This document shows positions 1-13,192 of a stretch of DNA of 64,000 nucleotides, one piece after another (position 1 is the stretch's first letter; every line of letters starts with the position of its first letter). This DNA comes from Octopus sinensis. Its lineage: Eukaryota. The position numbers and the translations under genes are program-made. The stretch lies in NCBI RefSeq assembly GCF_006345805.1, contig NC_043007.1, forward strand, positions 74,152,001 to 74,216,000, in the 5' to 3' direction. The notes beneath the pieces are model-generated. The model did not search any database and had not been told where the DNA came from. It saw only the letters and a list, made by a program, of their open reading frames with translations.

Positions 1-174
1 TTAATTTTTCCTTCACGTGCTTCGGTCATTAGACTCCGGCTATGCTGGGGCAACACCTTGAATGGTTTAAGTGAACAAAACCCCAGTACTTAAACGTACT
101 TATTCTCTTATTCCTTAATACCGAACTGCAAAGTAAACAACTCGGCACCGGTTGTTAAGTGCTGGTGGGAGGGA

Positions 175-281
<107 letters not shown>

Positions 282-535
282 TTCTATACTGTTTCTATCT
301 ACCATATTCACTCACCAAGGCATTGGTTGGTCCGTGGCGGTTGAAGAAGACATTTACCCAAGGTGTCGCGCAGTGAGACTGAACCCGGAACCACCTGGCT
401 GTCAAGTGAGCTGCTTAACCACACAACCATACCTACAAAAGAAAAGGCAATGCAACAGACGAATTATTTCTTGGTTCAGCTGCAAATTCGAGGAAAACCT
501 TAAAGCGAGATGTCTTCTTAAGATAAAATGAATTA

Positions 536-1287
536 TACGTAGTCTGGTCAATAAGTATCCGGACTGTTGCCATAGTAACGAAACTAAAGCACGCAGAGTA
601 AAGCCGCTTAGCACTGATTGACATGAGACTCTGCTGTGCATGCGTACTAAGTTTAAACGTTCTAGTTTACTTCCGTTGTTTACAGCAGTGCTAGGAAGGA
701 AGATGCGTAGCGTGTGATCGTCGTATTGACCATGATAGGGAAAGTTGTCATGGTGATACCTGCTCAGAGGCCTAGGCAAAGTTGTAGAAAGTATATGGAG
801 AGGAATGTATGAGCAGCACACAAATGTACAAGGTTTTCAGACGTTTCCAAGATGGCCGAATGTCGATATTGACGAAAGTTCTGGAAGACCCGAAACCAGC
901 GATGTCTTTCTCAGTTCTGCTGGTTTCGGGTCTCCCAGAACTTTCTTCAATATCGATATTTTTTCGGCCGTCTTGAAAACGTCTGAACCACTCGTACATT
1001 TGTGTGCGGCTCATACATTCCTCTCCATACACTTTCTGCAACTTTGCGTAGGCCTCTTAGCAGGTATCGCCATGACAACTTTCTCTGTCATGGTCAATGC
1101 GACGATCACACGCTACACATCTTCCTTCCAAGCACTGCTGTAAACAGCAGAAGTGAACTAGAACGTTTAAACTTAGTGCGAATGCACAGCAGAGTTCAAG
1201 GTCAATCTTTGCCAAGCGGCTTTACTCTGCGTGCTTTAGCTTCGTTACTATGGCAACAGTCCGCATACTTATTGATCAGACCTCGTA
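536..1287. mobile_element. Fold-back mariner derivative: two inverted 5' halves
   Basis: Termini TACGTAGTCTGGTCAATAAGT and ACTTATTGATCAGACCTCGTA, flanked by TA. Arms 536-900 and 919-1287 are reverse complements. The minus-strand frame reads KVYGEECMSRTQMYEWFRRFQDGRK...SSGRPETS, a mariner HTH region. Confidence 0.85.
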
Positions 1288-1493
1288 TAACTTAGATATT
1301 CTATTATTTACATCTTTAAAAGGAAATTATTCTTATAAAGACATTTAACAGAATGACTTAACAATATATACAAAGAAAGTTGCTTTAACGAACTCTTGTG
1401 ATACAGTATTATTTCTCTTTCAATTACAAAACATGAAATTCTTTGATGGATTTATAAACATATTCTTCTTAATCTCTTTCAGTTCATTAACAG

Positions 1494-1803
1494 ACTGCCG
1501 AAGTCTACGCAAATTGGATAAAGATGGCTTTGAATGACAGCGTAAAGACGATGTTATCTTCATTTGATTTATCCACTTCTCATCAAGTAAGACTGGAGGA
1601 TTCAGCCGTTAACCTTACAGCTCACCACTTAAACACAACAACTTCAACAACTACCAGTACTACATCTATTGCCACTTCGGCAATACTAGCATTAACTAAC
1701 TCCACACTTCTTCCACTGATATCAAGCACAGTTACTCATCTTCGTACATCGACATTATTTGAGAATATAACATCAGTACCAGCTTACCTCTGCAGCTCTC
1801 CCG
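1494..1803 (+). CDS. SLC24A: SLC24/NCKX exchanger, first coding exon visible in the window (Ser/Thr-rich extracellular N-terminal region)
   Basis: Reads TAEVYANWIKMALNDS...NTTTSTTTSTTS...AYLCSSP after acceptor ttcattaacAG (1492-93). It ends at G|GTCAGT (1803/1804) in phase 1, and G+CC gives Ala, joining to give CSSPAYKEFPPDLFT, which matches the NCKX 'C..PA...FP.DLFT' motif. The 5' boundary is uncertain: there is an alternative AG at 1481-82 and an in-frame ATG at 1524. Confidence 0.75.
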
Positions 1804-1939
1804 GTCAGTAAATCTCAAATTTATGTGCTTCAAATTTACCAACATAAAAACTACTTTATACATTCTATTTGATAAAATTTACCATTTAAAGTTATCAAAA
1901 TTTATCGCAACCATGTCTAAATCCATAAATTCTGAATGC

Positions 1940-2250
1940 ACCTAGCTTAGAGGTTAGGATATTCAGCTCACGATCAAAAGGTCTTTTGTTCGATTCCCGG
2001 CGGTGCGTTGTATCCTTGAGCAAGTCACTTTATGTCACTTTGCTCCAGCCTATTCAGCTGGTAAAAATGAGTTGTACCTGTGATTCAAAAGGTCCAGCCT
2101 TGTCACATTCTGTGACACGTTGAATCTCTCTTAGAACTACGTTAAGGGTACGCGTGCCTGTGCTCAACCATTTGCACGTTAATTTCTCGAGCAAGCTGTT
2201 CTGTTGATCAGTTCGACTGGAACCCGCGTCATTGTAACCGAAGGAGTGCG
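1940..2250 (+). mobile_element. SINE: CORE-like head plus family-D tail (also about 29745-30075 - and 43045-43365 +)
   Basis: gttgtatccttgagcaagtcactt followed by ...gaactacgttaagggtac...gtaaccgaaggagtgc. Confidence 0.75.
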
Positions 2251-4792
2251 AATTTAAGTTTATCAGCAATAACATATTTATTTTTCTCAATACATGCTGC
2301 TAGATACGATCGTAAGCACCTGATCCCTGCTTTTCTTTTTTTTTTTGTGCTATAGAACATATCTTCTTCTCAGACGGTGAGTCCATAACCCACACCACTC
2401 ACCACCCGTGTATATCATGAATACACATGCTCTAAAGCAGTGTTTCTCAACCTTTTTCTTTTTTATTATAATTTTAAAAGGATTTAGCTAATCCTATCAG
2501 GTGGTGCTATTAAGTTAGGCATGGCCTGGACCAATCTTTGGTCGAACCATATCTAATTTACCTAAGTTATTACTCGGATGGACCCTCATAACCATTGGAT
2601 GCTTAAAAAATCCTTTTATATTTTTATAATTAAATATGAAGAATTGTAAGGCGACGAGCTGGCATACCGGACGAAATGCTTAGCGGAATCTAGTCCGTCT
2701 TTATGTTCTGAGTTCAAATTTCGTTGAGGTCGACTTCGCCCTTCGACCCTTTCGAAGTCGATAAAATAAGTACCAATTGAACCCTGGGGGTTGAGGTAAT
2801 CGACTTAACCCCTGCCCCAAACCTGCTGGCCTTATGCCAAAATTTGAAATCAAATATTATTTGGAATTATAAAAAAAAAATTGTTAAAATATTTTGTGCA
2901 AATTAAAAGTAAAACCAATTTATTGTAGATAAAATTTAACAACAAAATCTTAGATGGACCCACAAGGATCATATTGACCTTTCTTGAGAAAAACTGCTCT
3001 AAAGTAAGGAGATATTCTCCAGGTAGTCTCATCCGAATTTAGCAGTATGTATTAAGAATGGATACGAAATTGTTTGGATGCTCGCCGTCCTGCATCCCAC
3101 GCGTGAATGTTTAGACTTATCAGTTTCATGACTATCAAATATTATTATAGCCTCCCTCGATTGTCAACAAACCTCCACAAAATTTACGTTGTGTTTATTT
3201 AATCTCTTTAGTGATACATCAAATAGCTGATGATTTTAGTTCCCATTCACTTGTTACGTAAAAGGAATTTTTCATGCTGTCACTGCCAATGAAAATCATT
3301 TTAAAGAAAGCCTTAAAAGTGTGTTAACCCCATTTTTGCTCTTGTTTGCGACGTAAATTAATTAATTTAGATATAATTATTTTTGGTGGCAACGGTGGGA
3401 AGGCACCAGCTTTTTTTTTTTGTTTTTTTTTTAGAAGAAATAGGTCATTTAAATCATACCTGATATTTCTATTATGATAGAAGTATCATTATTATTGATA
3501 CATCCAGAATAGTAAGGCGGCGGCAGAATTGTCAACGCGTCAGAGAAAGTATTTTGCCATTTTTTTTCCCTTCTTCGTTACGTTCTGAGTTGATGCCATC
3601 GACTTTTCCGTTTTCTTAAGACAGCTGGCCTTGTGCCGAAATTTGAAACGATTATTCTAGAGCAGTGAATCTCAGTCTCTTCGACATTCTGGTACACTGA
3701 AGATCAAACCAAAAATTATTGATGCTCTTTGCAAAGAAAATTTAAAAAAGGAAAAAAATATTTTGATGCAAAAAAAAAATTATAGGAAAAAAAATGAAAA
3801 TTGCTGTTCATCTTTGTTTTATTATCAGTTATACGCGTGTGTAACAAATTTATGAACATCTTTAAGATTCTCAAGCATTAATATGGATTTTTTTTTATAA
3901 GCCTGAAATTATGTTTTTACAAATCCTCGTTCTACCTAGATACCGTTGAAAAGCCAGTGGCCTATAGAAATAACAGAAAAATATCAACTACATTTGCAAA
4001 TAATGTTAATAGCTTAATGTCATTATATAATTGAAAAAGCTGAATTCAAACCTAGCGAGGGAATGAATACTGGTTCAGTATGTCATTCTAAAGATCAGAT
4101 TAAACGACCAACGAAAGAATCATTGTGCAAGTTTTCCTTAGAGACGCCATTGACAAAAGAATTAGTCAAATGGTTTTATACTCTTTTTTTTTAAGCTTTA
4201 ACTTTCTATATAATGTTATTAGAATTTCTCAGATGGTTGCTACAACAACTGACTCAGTGAAATCTAATGTATTGTCGCTGCTTAGCCTAAGGTTAGTCTT
4301 AATCAATGAGCAAAAAGAATTCCAACCGTAGCCATCTCCTCTTTCGTTTTCTTTTTTTTTTTTTTTTTTTTTTAGACACAGATTCCAGGAAAACGGAGTC
4401 CATTTTTTTTCTTTAGGTGGTAGAGTGTGGTTTGAAGGAAATTTAGTATCTATTTCTTGTAGGTCGAACTGTGACATAGTCTCCTATGCTGACTACAAAA
4501 TATTGGTTTCAAATTTTGGTACAAGGTCAGCAATTTCGGCTGTTTACTTGTTTCAGTCATTTGGTAGCGGCCATGCTGTGGCAACAATCCCAGCGAGCAA
4601 CTGGCACTTATTTTATCGACCGTGTGAAAGGGTGAAAGGCAAACTCAACCTCGGTGGAATTCTGCTTGCGAAATATTAAGATTCGATAAATTCTAAAAAT
4701 ATTCATTTAAGAGGTGGAGTTTTGGAATACCTAATTCTACTTCATGAGGAAGAAAAACAGCAAGAAACTGGGTTCTTCCCCCTCCCACCCCT

Positions 4793-5621
4793 GGATCTTT
4801 TCCTTTTCATGGGCAGCTCGATTAATTAATTTTCTTTAACTAAACACTTTGAAACTTCGTATACTGGTAGAATGTGTCATATAGAGCTCTTAGCGTTGTT
4901 GAGAAAAGTTTCTATTTACGAAGTTTGTTCGTGTTAAAGTTGTCGTATTTCGGTAATTTCAACCAATGAATGACGTGTATTCAGCTGAATAAAATTACCG
5001 CTGTTGTTTGTCAACAACAACTTCGGCGGTGTATGTTTCGTTTGTCACTGTTATTTATGACATATTTCATCTCAGTTACGTTCGCATGAATAAACGAGTG
5101 TATCTGAAGCACGTTTACTTTATGACACCACCATAATCGTTCGTGTATTTCTACAGCTTTTATGGGTGTTTTCCCTGTTTTCCTGAAATTTTTTGCCTCC
5201 CTTACTCCTCACCCCTCCAATTTCTTCATTTTTCACTTTTTTCCGTAACGCTAACCCTAAAACTCCAACCCTATCTCTAACCCTAAGTAGGAAAATTGTA
5301 AATTTTTTTTTAAGTTAAAACCTGTACAAACGCACGAACGATGTCTTAAATAACAGTGTCAAACGAAATATACACTGCTGATAGTTGTTGTTGACAAACA
5401 ACGGCAGTAATTTTATTCAGCTGAATACACGTCATTCATTGGGTAAAATTACCGAAATACGACAACTTTAACACGAAATAACTACGTAAATAGAAATTTT
5501 TCTCTACAACGCTAAGAGTAAAAGATGTTCTATATGACACATTCTACCAGTATACGACGTTTCAAAGTGTTTAGTTAAACAAAATTAATTAATCGAGCTG
5601 CCCATGTAAAGGAAAAGATCC
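4793..5621. mobile_element. Long-TIR MITE with 8-bp TSD and central telomere-like CCCTAA tract, copy 1
   Basis: Termini GGATCTTTTCC and GGAAAAGATCC, ~270-bp inverted arms, direct repeat CCACCCCT at 4785-4792 and 5622-5629. Confidence 0.85.
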
Positions 5622-5807
5622 CCACCCCTTTCTATTATTCCTGTGTTTCATACAACGGAAATTATGATTCTGAAGGATCTTTTAACCTTTTAATTTCGTG
5701 TGCTTCTCCTTCCTTACGATGCGGTGATTACTCTTCCGAAACTCCATCAATTACGATACAGTGATATATTCTGTTAGCAAAACAATACTATGGATTCGTA
5801 CCTATAC

Positions 5808-6043
5808 TCTTTTACTCTTTTACTTGTTTCAGTCATGTGACTGTGGCCACGCTAGAGCAGCGCCTTTAGTCGAGCAAATCGACCCCAGGACTTATTCTTT
5901 GGAAGCCTAGTACTTATTCTATCGGTTTCTTTTGCCGAACCGCTAAGTTATGGGGACGTAAACACACCACCATCGGTTGTCAAGCGATGTTGGAGGGACA
6001 AACACAGACACACAAACACATACATACATACATACATAAATAC

Positions 6044-6092
<49 letters not shown>

Positions 6093-6652
6093 CATACATA
6101 TATACGACGGGCTTCTTTCAGTTTCCGTCAGCCAAATCCACTCACAAGGCTTTGGTCGGCTCGAGGCTATAGTAAAAGACACTTGCCCAAGGACTGAACC
6201 CGGAACCATGTGGTTCATAAGCAAGCTACTTACCACACAGCCACTCCTACCCCTACTACAGTAATCTTTTATCGTTCTATCCATTTCAGTCATTTGACTG
6301 CGGCCATGCGGGGGCACAGCCTTGAAGAAACTTTAATCGAATGACTCGACCCCCCACTACTTTTTTTAAAGCCTTGTACTTACTTATTCTATCGATATCT
6401 TTCGACAGTGACGTAAACACGCCAACACCGGTTGTCAAATGGTGGTGGGAGACAAACACAGACACCAGGACACACGTACATATATATGTGTGTGTGTATG
6501 TGTGTACACAAAGAGCTTCTTTTAGTTTCCGTCTCCCAGATCCACTCACAAGAGGCTATGATAAAAGACATTTGCCCAAAGCGCCACGCTGTGGGAACGA
6601 ACCAGGAACCATATGGTTGAAAAGCAAATTTCTCACCATACAGCCATACCTG
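5808..6652 (-). mobile_element. Two adjacent family-A SINEs with internal (CA)n/(TA)n tracts
   Basis: Reverse complement of ggcgcaggagtggctgtgtggtaag...ttgggcaagtgtcttctactatagcc...[microsatellite]...tgactgaaacaagtaaaagagta. Confidence 0.85.
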
Positions 6653-7221
6653 TGTTTAAATGCCTAATATTTGAGTTTTCTCAAGAAAACTACAAAATAA
6701 TTATGATTCAATAAAAACAATGAGAAGACTTCACCAAATTGAAGTACGCTGTACAAAACCATCGATTATTTTCTCTCATTGAGACTAGTTTAAATATTTA
6801 TTAGTTACTTGCATTCGGTAGTTATTGATTATTCGTGTTCTCTGTAAATAATGTACCATCACCCTATTTTAATACTCTTCTGCTTCTTACTACTTTTACA
6901 ACATCAACTTGTACTTTACTTTTATACTATCTCACGAAACTCAAGGCAGTTAGTTTTTTCTATTTATTTATTTATTTGTATTCACTGGCTTTAGACATAT
7001 TTTAATCATTTTCTTTCTGTCTTTTCATTCGTATAATAAGTTATGTTTGCTACAAAAAAAAATCATTCTTGTTTCATCTGGAGAATAGTTGCACAGCAAC
7101 CGATAGATGCACGGTTTGTTTCTCGTCTGCGGGTTACGTATTATTTTAAGGACAATCAGTGGAATAAAAATCGGTAGTGTACTGGATAAAATGCCTTTTG
7201 ACAATTAGTTACATTAATATT

Positions 7222-8620
7222 TATGTTCGGAAAGGCGGCGAGCTGGCATGCCGGGCGAAATGCTTAACGAAATTTCGTCTGTTTTTACGTTCTAAGTTCA
7301 AATTCCGCCGAGGTCGACTTTGCCTTTCATCCTTTCAGGTTCGATAAATTAAGTACCAGTTGCGTACTGGGTCGATCTAATCGATTGGCCCCTCCCCCAA
7401 AATTTCGGGCTTTGTGCCTAGAGTAGAAAAAACAAGTACCAGTCGAACCCTGGGGACAATGTAATCGACTTCCCCCTCACCTGAAATTGCTGGCCTTGTG
7501 CCAAAATTTAAAATCAATATTTATGTCCGGGAAGTCGGTGAGCTGAGAGAATCGTTAGCGCACCAAGCAAAACGCTTAGCAGCATTTCGTCCGTCTTTAC
7601 GTTCTAGGTTCAAATGCCGCCGAAGTTGACTTTTCCTTTCATCCCACGGAGTCCGATAAAATAAATACCATTTACGTACTGGGGTCGATGTAATCAACGG
7701 AACTTGCTGTCCATGTGCCAAGATTTGTAACTAATATTTATGTTCGGCCTTCAATTCCATCTAAGTCTGATGCAATAAGTAACAGTGAAGTACTAGGGTC
7801 GATTGAATAGCTATGCTCCCACCCTTGAGAGAATAATTACATCCGATCAATTAGAGTTAAAATTTATTTCCGCTCCTGAGGCAGTGAGTTAGCAGAAATA
7901 GCAAAGCGCCAGAAGTAAATTCTTGCAGTATTTTTTGTCTTTTTTTTTCGGTTCTTTATGTTCTAAGTTCAAATGCTGTTCAGCTCAACTTTGCCTTACA
8001 TCCCTCCGGAAATATCAATAAAGAAAAGTACCAATCGAGTACTAGAGTCGATGGTATTGCCTAACCCTTTCCTTCAAAACTTGTTGGCCTTGTGTTTAAA
8101 TAAGAAACCATTCTTTCTGTTACTGAAAAAAATAAAAGGTTGAATACTGGAAACGATTGTCCTCTAGGTTAACTGCATCTAGTTTCGTCTTTCTGCCTAC
8201 TCATTGACAGAATAGCACCAGACAAATACTTGCGACGGTTCAATCGACTCTGCCAATTTCTCTACAAATTTAAGGGTTGTGCGTTGCGTTATGACCATTG
8301 AGTGGGGTTTTTTAAACGTAACATAGTTGAAGTCGCATCGCAAATAAATTTGTTTATAAATTATCTTTACAACTTCCGCAATCTTATTTCTTTATTGCCC
8401 ACAAGGGGCTACACACAGAGGGGACAAACAAGACAGACAAACGGATTAAGTCGATTATATCGACCTCCAGTGCGTAACTGGTACTTAATTTATCGACCCC
8501 GAAAGGATGAAAGGCAAAGTCGACCTCGGCGGAATTTGAACTCAGAACGTAGCGGCAGACGAAATACCGGTAAGCATTTCGTCCGGCGTGCTAACGTTTC
8601 GCCGCCCTTTTTCGCGTGAA
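7222..8620. mobile_element. Cluster of family-C SINE copies (also at about 2650-2850, 3520-3655, 8950-9380, 9890-10060, 35590-35810, 39620-39800, 56170-56620, 57075-57270, 57920-58140)
   Basis: Recurrent head ggcggcgagctggcagaa..gttagcacgccgggcgaaatgc and body gttcaaattccgccgaggtcgactttgcctttcatcctttcggggtcgataa. Boundaries are approximate. Confidence 0.8.
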
Positions 8621-9147
8621 GATTAGATGCTTCGCTCATAAACACACACATCGCCCGGTCTGAGATTCGAACCCATGATCCCTTGACCGCAAGTCCGCTG
8701 CTCTAACCACTTCCGCAATCTACTGCCTCCACTTCCGCAATCTACTGTACCAAAGTTAAGATCCATTAATCAACTTTTCTCGCAACCAATAGAGCCCATA
8801 TGGAAGTGTTCTGATGTTTCAAATAAAACTATATATTTTTTGCCTACGTTTTCCCATAAACTCCGATAGGTTATCCTTATTTTTTTTTTTTCCTGAATTT
8901 CTCAAATTGTAAAGGTGAATATATAGACACTCTTTATTCCTTCCAATTCTGGCTCAGGGACAACAATTTTTGAGGGAAGAAGTTTAGTCGAAAACATTGA
9001 TCCCAGTACTTGGTTGGCACATTATTTTATCGACCCCGAAGGGATGAAAGGCAAAGCTGACCTCAGCGATGTTTGAAATCAGATCGTAAAAAGCCGGGCC
9101 AAATACTGCAAAGTATTTTTTCAGACGATTCTGTCACCTCATCACCC

Positions 9148-9198
<51 letters not shown>

Positions 9199-9461
9199 TA
9201 ATAATAATATTAATAATAATAATCCTTTCTATTACAAGCGCAAGGTCTGACATTTTGGTGGAAGGGAGATAATCGATTACCTAGACTTCAGTATTTAATT
9301 GACATTTTTTTTTTTCATCAACCCCGGAAAGATAAAAGGCAAAGTCAGCCTTGGCGGAATTTGAACTTCCATCTCTTTACGTTCCAAAAAGAGACTGAAG
9401 AAATGTCTAAGAATTTTTTCCGATGCACAAACAATTCAACTTGTTCACCATTACCAGCCAG

Positions 9462-9865
9462 TTATTCTTTTCTACTCTAGGCACAAGGCCCGAAATTTTG
9501 GGGAAGGGGGCCAGTGGATTAGATCGACCCAGTACACAACTGGTACTTAATTTATCGACCCCGAAAGGATGAAAGGCAAAGTCGACCTCGGCAGAATTTG
9601 AACACAGAACGTAAAGACAGACGAAATACCTATTTCTTTACTACCAACAAGGGGCTAAACACAGAAGGGACAAACAAGGACAGACAAAGGGATTAAGTCG
9701 ATTATATCGACCCCCAGTGCGTAACTGGTACTTTTTAATCGACCCCGAAAGGATGAAAGGCAAAGTCGACCTCGGCGGAATTTGAACTCAGAACGTAATG
9801 GCAGACGAAGTACGGTTACGCATTTCGCCCGGCGTGCTAACGTTTCTGTCAGCTCGCCGCCTTAG
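9462..9865 (-). mobile_element. Dimeric family-C SINE
   Basis: A full monomer followed by a 5'-truncated monomer, with 12-bp TSD ATTACCAGCCAG at 9450-9461 and 9866-9877 around the whole dimer. Confidence 0.85.
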
Positions 9866-10542
9866 ATTACCAGCCAGCTTTAATCAAAATTAGTGGGGCA
9901 TCGACATTTCGTTCCTCTTTACGTTCTGAATTCAAAGCCCGCCGAGTTCGACTTTGCCTTTCATCCTTTCCTAGTCGTTGAAATGAGAACCAGTCGAGCA
10001 TTGGGGTCGATATCATTGACTAGTCCTCTACCCCAAACCTTTAGACCTTGTGCCTATAGCACAAAGGAAAATTAGTGGGGCTAGATTCTCTATTTGTTTA
10101 ATGTTATCTGCCATTTATGGTCATATAAAAAAAAAACACTATAACAAACTTCGTCCCAAAATGATGGCAATAAGCGGTTTCTATTGCTTATTGTTTGTCT
10201 CATCCGACACAGTTTTAAATGCATAAATGGACATAAAAGATGCATTAGCAAGATTTTAATTTGATAAATTAAAAATCTCTCACTTCAGCTGCAACTCGTT
10301 CAATCATTCAATTATTTTACAATCGAATTTCAAGCAAAATATATACAAGAATAGAAAATAGAAATATCCGCGTAAATTTCGACACGCGCTGCACTCCCCT
10401 GCACCCCACTCCTGTGTTCACAGTTGATGTGTTGAAGTTATGGAGGTGATTATTGCAGAAATGGTTAGTTAGCGATCAATAAAGCCAAATGGATAGGAAT
10501 TGCCATTCAATGCCTATAATGATCATTTAGTAATCACCCACT

Positions 10543-10615
<73 letters not shown>

Positions 10616-10792
10616 ATTCCTTTCCTGACATAGGCAAAGGCATGACTCTGTGGTTAAGATCACTTCACAACCACGCGCTGTTTCGGGTTCAGTCCCGCTG
10701 CGCAGCATCTTGTGCATATGACTTCTACTGTAAACCCAGTAAATGCTTTGTGAGTGAATTTGGTAAATGGAAACTGCGTGGAAGCCGTCTTT

Positions 10793-10850
<58 letters not shown>

Positions 10851-11358
10851 GTGGAGGCGCAATGGCCCAGTGGATAAGGCAGCGAACTCGCGGTCGTAAG
10901 ATCACGGTTTCGATTCCCAGACTGAGCATTGTCAGTGTTTATTGAGCGAAAACACCTAAAGCTCCACGAGGCTCCGGCAGGGGGTGGTAGTAAACCCGGC
11001 TGTACTCTTTCACTACAACTTTCTTTCACTCTTTCTTCCTATATCTGTTGTACTTGTATTTCAAAGGGGCAGCCTTGTCACACTCTGTGTCACGCTGAAT
11101 CTCCCCGAGAACTACGTTAAGGGTACGCGTACCTGTGGAGTGCTCAGCCACTTGCACGTTAATAAATGAGCTGTGACATCACTGGTGCCAAGCTGTATCG
11201 GCCGTTGCCTTTCCCTTGGATAACATCGGTGACATGGAGAGGGGAGGCTGGTATGCGTGGGCGACTGCTGGTCTTCCATAAACAACCTTGCCCAGACTTG
11301 TGCCTCGGAGGGTAACTTTTAGGTGCAATCCCATGGTCATCCATGATCGAAGGGGGTC

Positions 11359-11371
<13 letters not shown>
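10851..11371 (+). mobile_element. Chimeric SINE: family-D head and body plus family-B tail
   Basis: Junction cacttgcacgttaataaatgagctg at about 11150-11173, with an (AAC)n tail. Confidence 0.8.
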
Positions 11372-11402
<31 letters not shown>

Positions 11403-12067
11403 AGAGTTTATGAAAAAAACAAAAGACGAAGACAGGTGGTGTACAAAACAAACAGATGTATTAGTTTCACGCTTAGGAATAGAAAAAGTCTTTTATGTTT
11501 CGAGCCTACGCTCTTCTACAGAAAGGGACACAGAAAAAACAAGCAGAGAAAAAAAATGTGTGTAGTGGCTAACGATCTATCGTGTGTGAATGTGTGTTTG
11601 TGTTTGTCCCAACACACCGCTTGGCAACCGGTGTTCGTTTGTTTAAGTCCCCGTAACATAGCAGTTCGGCTGAAGGATAAGTACCAGGCTTAGAAACATG
11701 CAGTAGGGTTGGTTTGTTGGACTAAATCCTCCAATGCGGTGTCCCAGCATGGCCGCAGACCAATGAGTGAAACACGTAAAAGAAGAAAAGAAGTTCGACG
11801 TGATTTTAAGGCTGGGATTGTTTTACTTACCCCCCCAACCTCGAATCCATGAATGGGCCATTTGTGGTTGTGTTATATTCACAAGAATCAGAAAATGATC
11901 TAAGAGAAGATTAGCGGATATTTAAATTGATTGTTTTACTAGTTTCAGTCAATGGACTGCGGTCACGCTGGATCACCACCTTGAAGGGGTCTTAGTTGAA
12001 GAAATCGACTTTAGTACTTATTCTTTTTCAAACTGGTGCTTAATATCAATTATGTAAGCTGTCAAGT

Positions 12068-12400
12068 GAAGGCGCATGGCTCAGTGGTTAGAGCGTCGAG
12101 CTTACGATAGTGAGGTTGTGAGCTCGAAACCCGGACCGGGCTGCGTGTTGTGTTCTTGAGCAAGACACTTTATTTCACGTTGCTCCAGTTAACTCAGCTG
12201 TAGAAATGAGTTGCGACATCACTGGTGCCAAGCTGTATCGGCCTTTGCCTTTTCCTTGGATAACATCAGTGGTGTGGAGAGGGGAGGGTGGTATGCATGG
12301 GCGACTGCTGGCCTTCCATAAACAACCTTGCCCGGACTAGTACCTCTGAGGGTAACTTTCTAGGTGCAATCCCATGGTCATTCATGACCGAATGGGGTCT
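12068..12400 (+). mobile_element. Family-B CORE-type SINE (also 26647-26990 +, and 63754-64000 - running off the window)
   Basis: Head gaaggcgcatggctcagtggttagagcgtcg, CORE-like gtgttcttgagcaagacactttatttcacgttgctccag, tail catgaccgaagggggtc. Confidence 0.85.
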
Positions 12401-12434
12401 CCCCCATTTAAAAGCTGTCAAGCGACGTGAACAC

Positions 12435-12465
<31 letters not shown>

Positions 12466-13192
12466 GTATTGACAATCGAAAGAAAGAGTACTGGAAATAT
12501 ATACGAGTACTGGGAATATATAGGAGTGCTAAAAATACTGGAGGATCTGTTAATTATGATTTTATTCAACAGATTCCCCTCCCAGATTCACACGCGTATT
12601 GCAGAAGTACTTCAGCTTTTCAAAGCCCTGTAAAATAACTGGGAAGTTTGGGCCTCCAGCCAAGCCTTTTGCGATACCATTAAAGCCAGGATCTTTTCAG
12701 CTCCCCTCGTGTGTGTATGTGTGTGTGTGTGTGTGTGTTTTTGTTTGTGTCTGTGCTTGCCCTCCCACCACCACTGCATGACAACTGGTGTTTGTTTGTT
12801 TACGTCCTCATACCTTAAGAGTTCGGTAAAAGAGACCCATAGAATAAATACCAGGTCTAAAAAATATATACTAGGGTCGATTCATTCGACTAAAAAATTC
12901 AAGTGCTGCACCAGCATGGCCGCTGTCCAACGACTAAAACAAATAAAAGATAAAAATATGATATACATAATATACAGACGATGAACTTCCCTACTCTTTG
13001 CAGCTATCAAATTCCTTCATAAGGCATTGATAGATCCAGGGCCATTGTAAAAGACAGTTGCGCAAGGTATCGCGCTGTAGGACTAAATTAAAAGCCACCT
13101 GGTTGCAAAGCGAGCTCTTTGAGAGCGTATTTGTTTTAAAGCTAATACTTGTTTAGCTTAATGACATCACAGGCGAACGTAAAGAATGTTAA

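Noticed and set aside
10851-10925. tRNA-like sequences, here and at other SINE heads
   Set aside because: Each runs directly into a SINE body and lacks a proper acceptor stem, so they are not tRNA genes.
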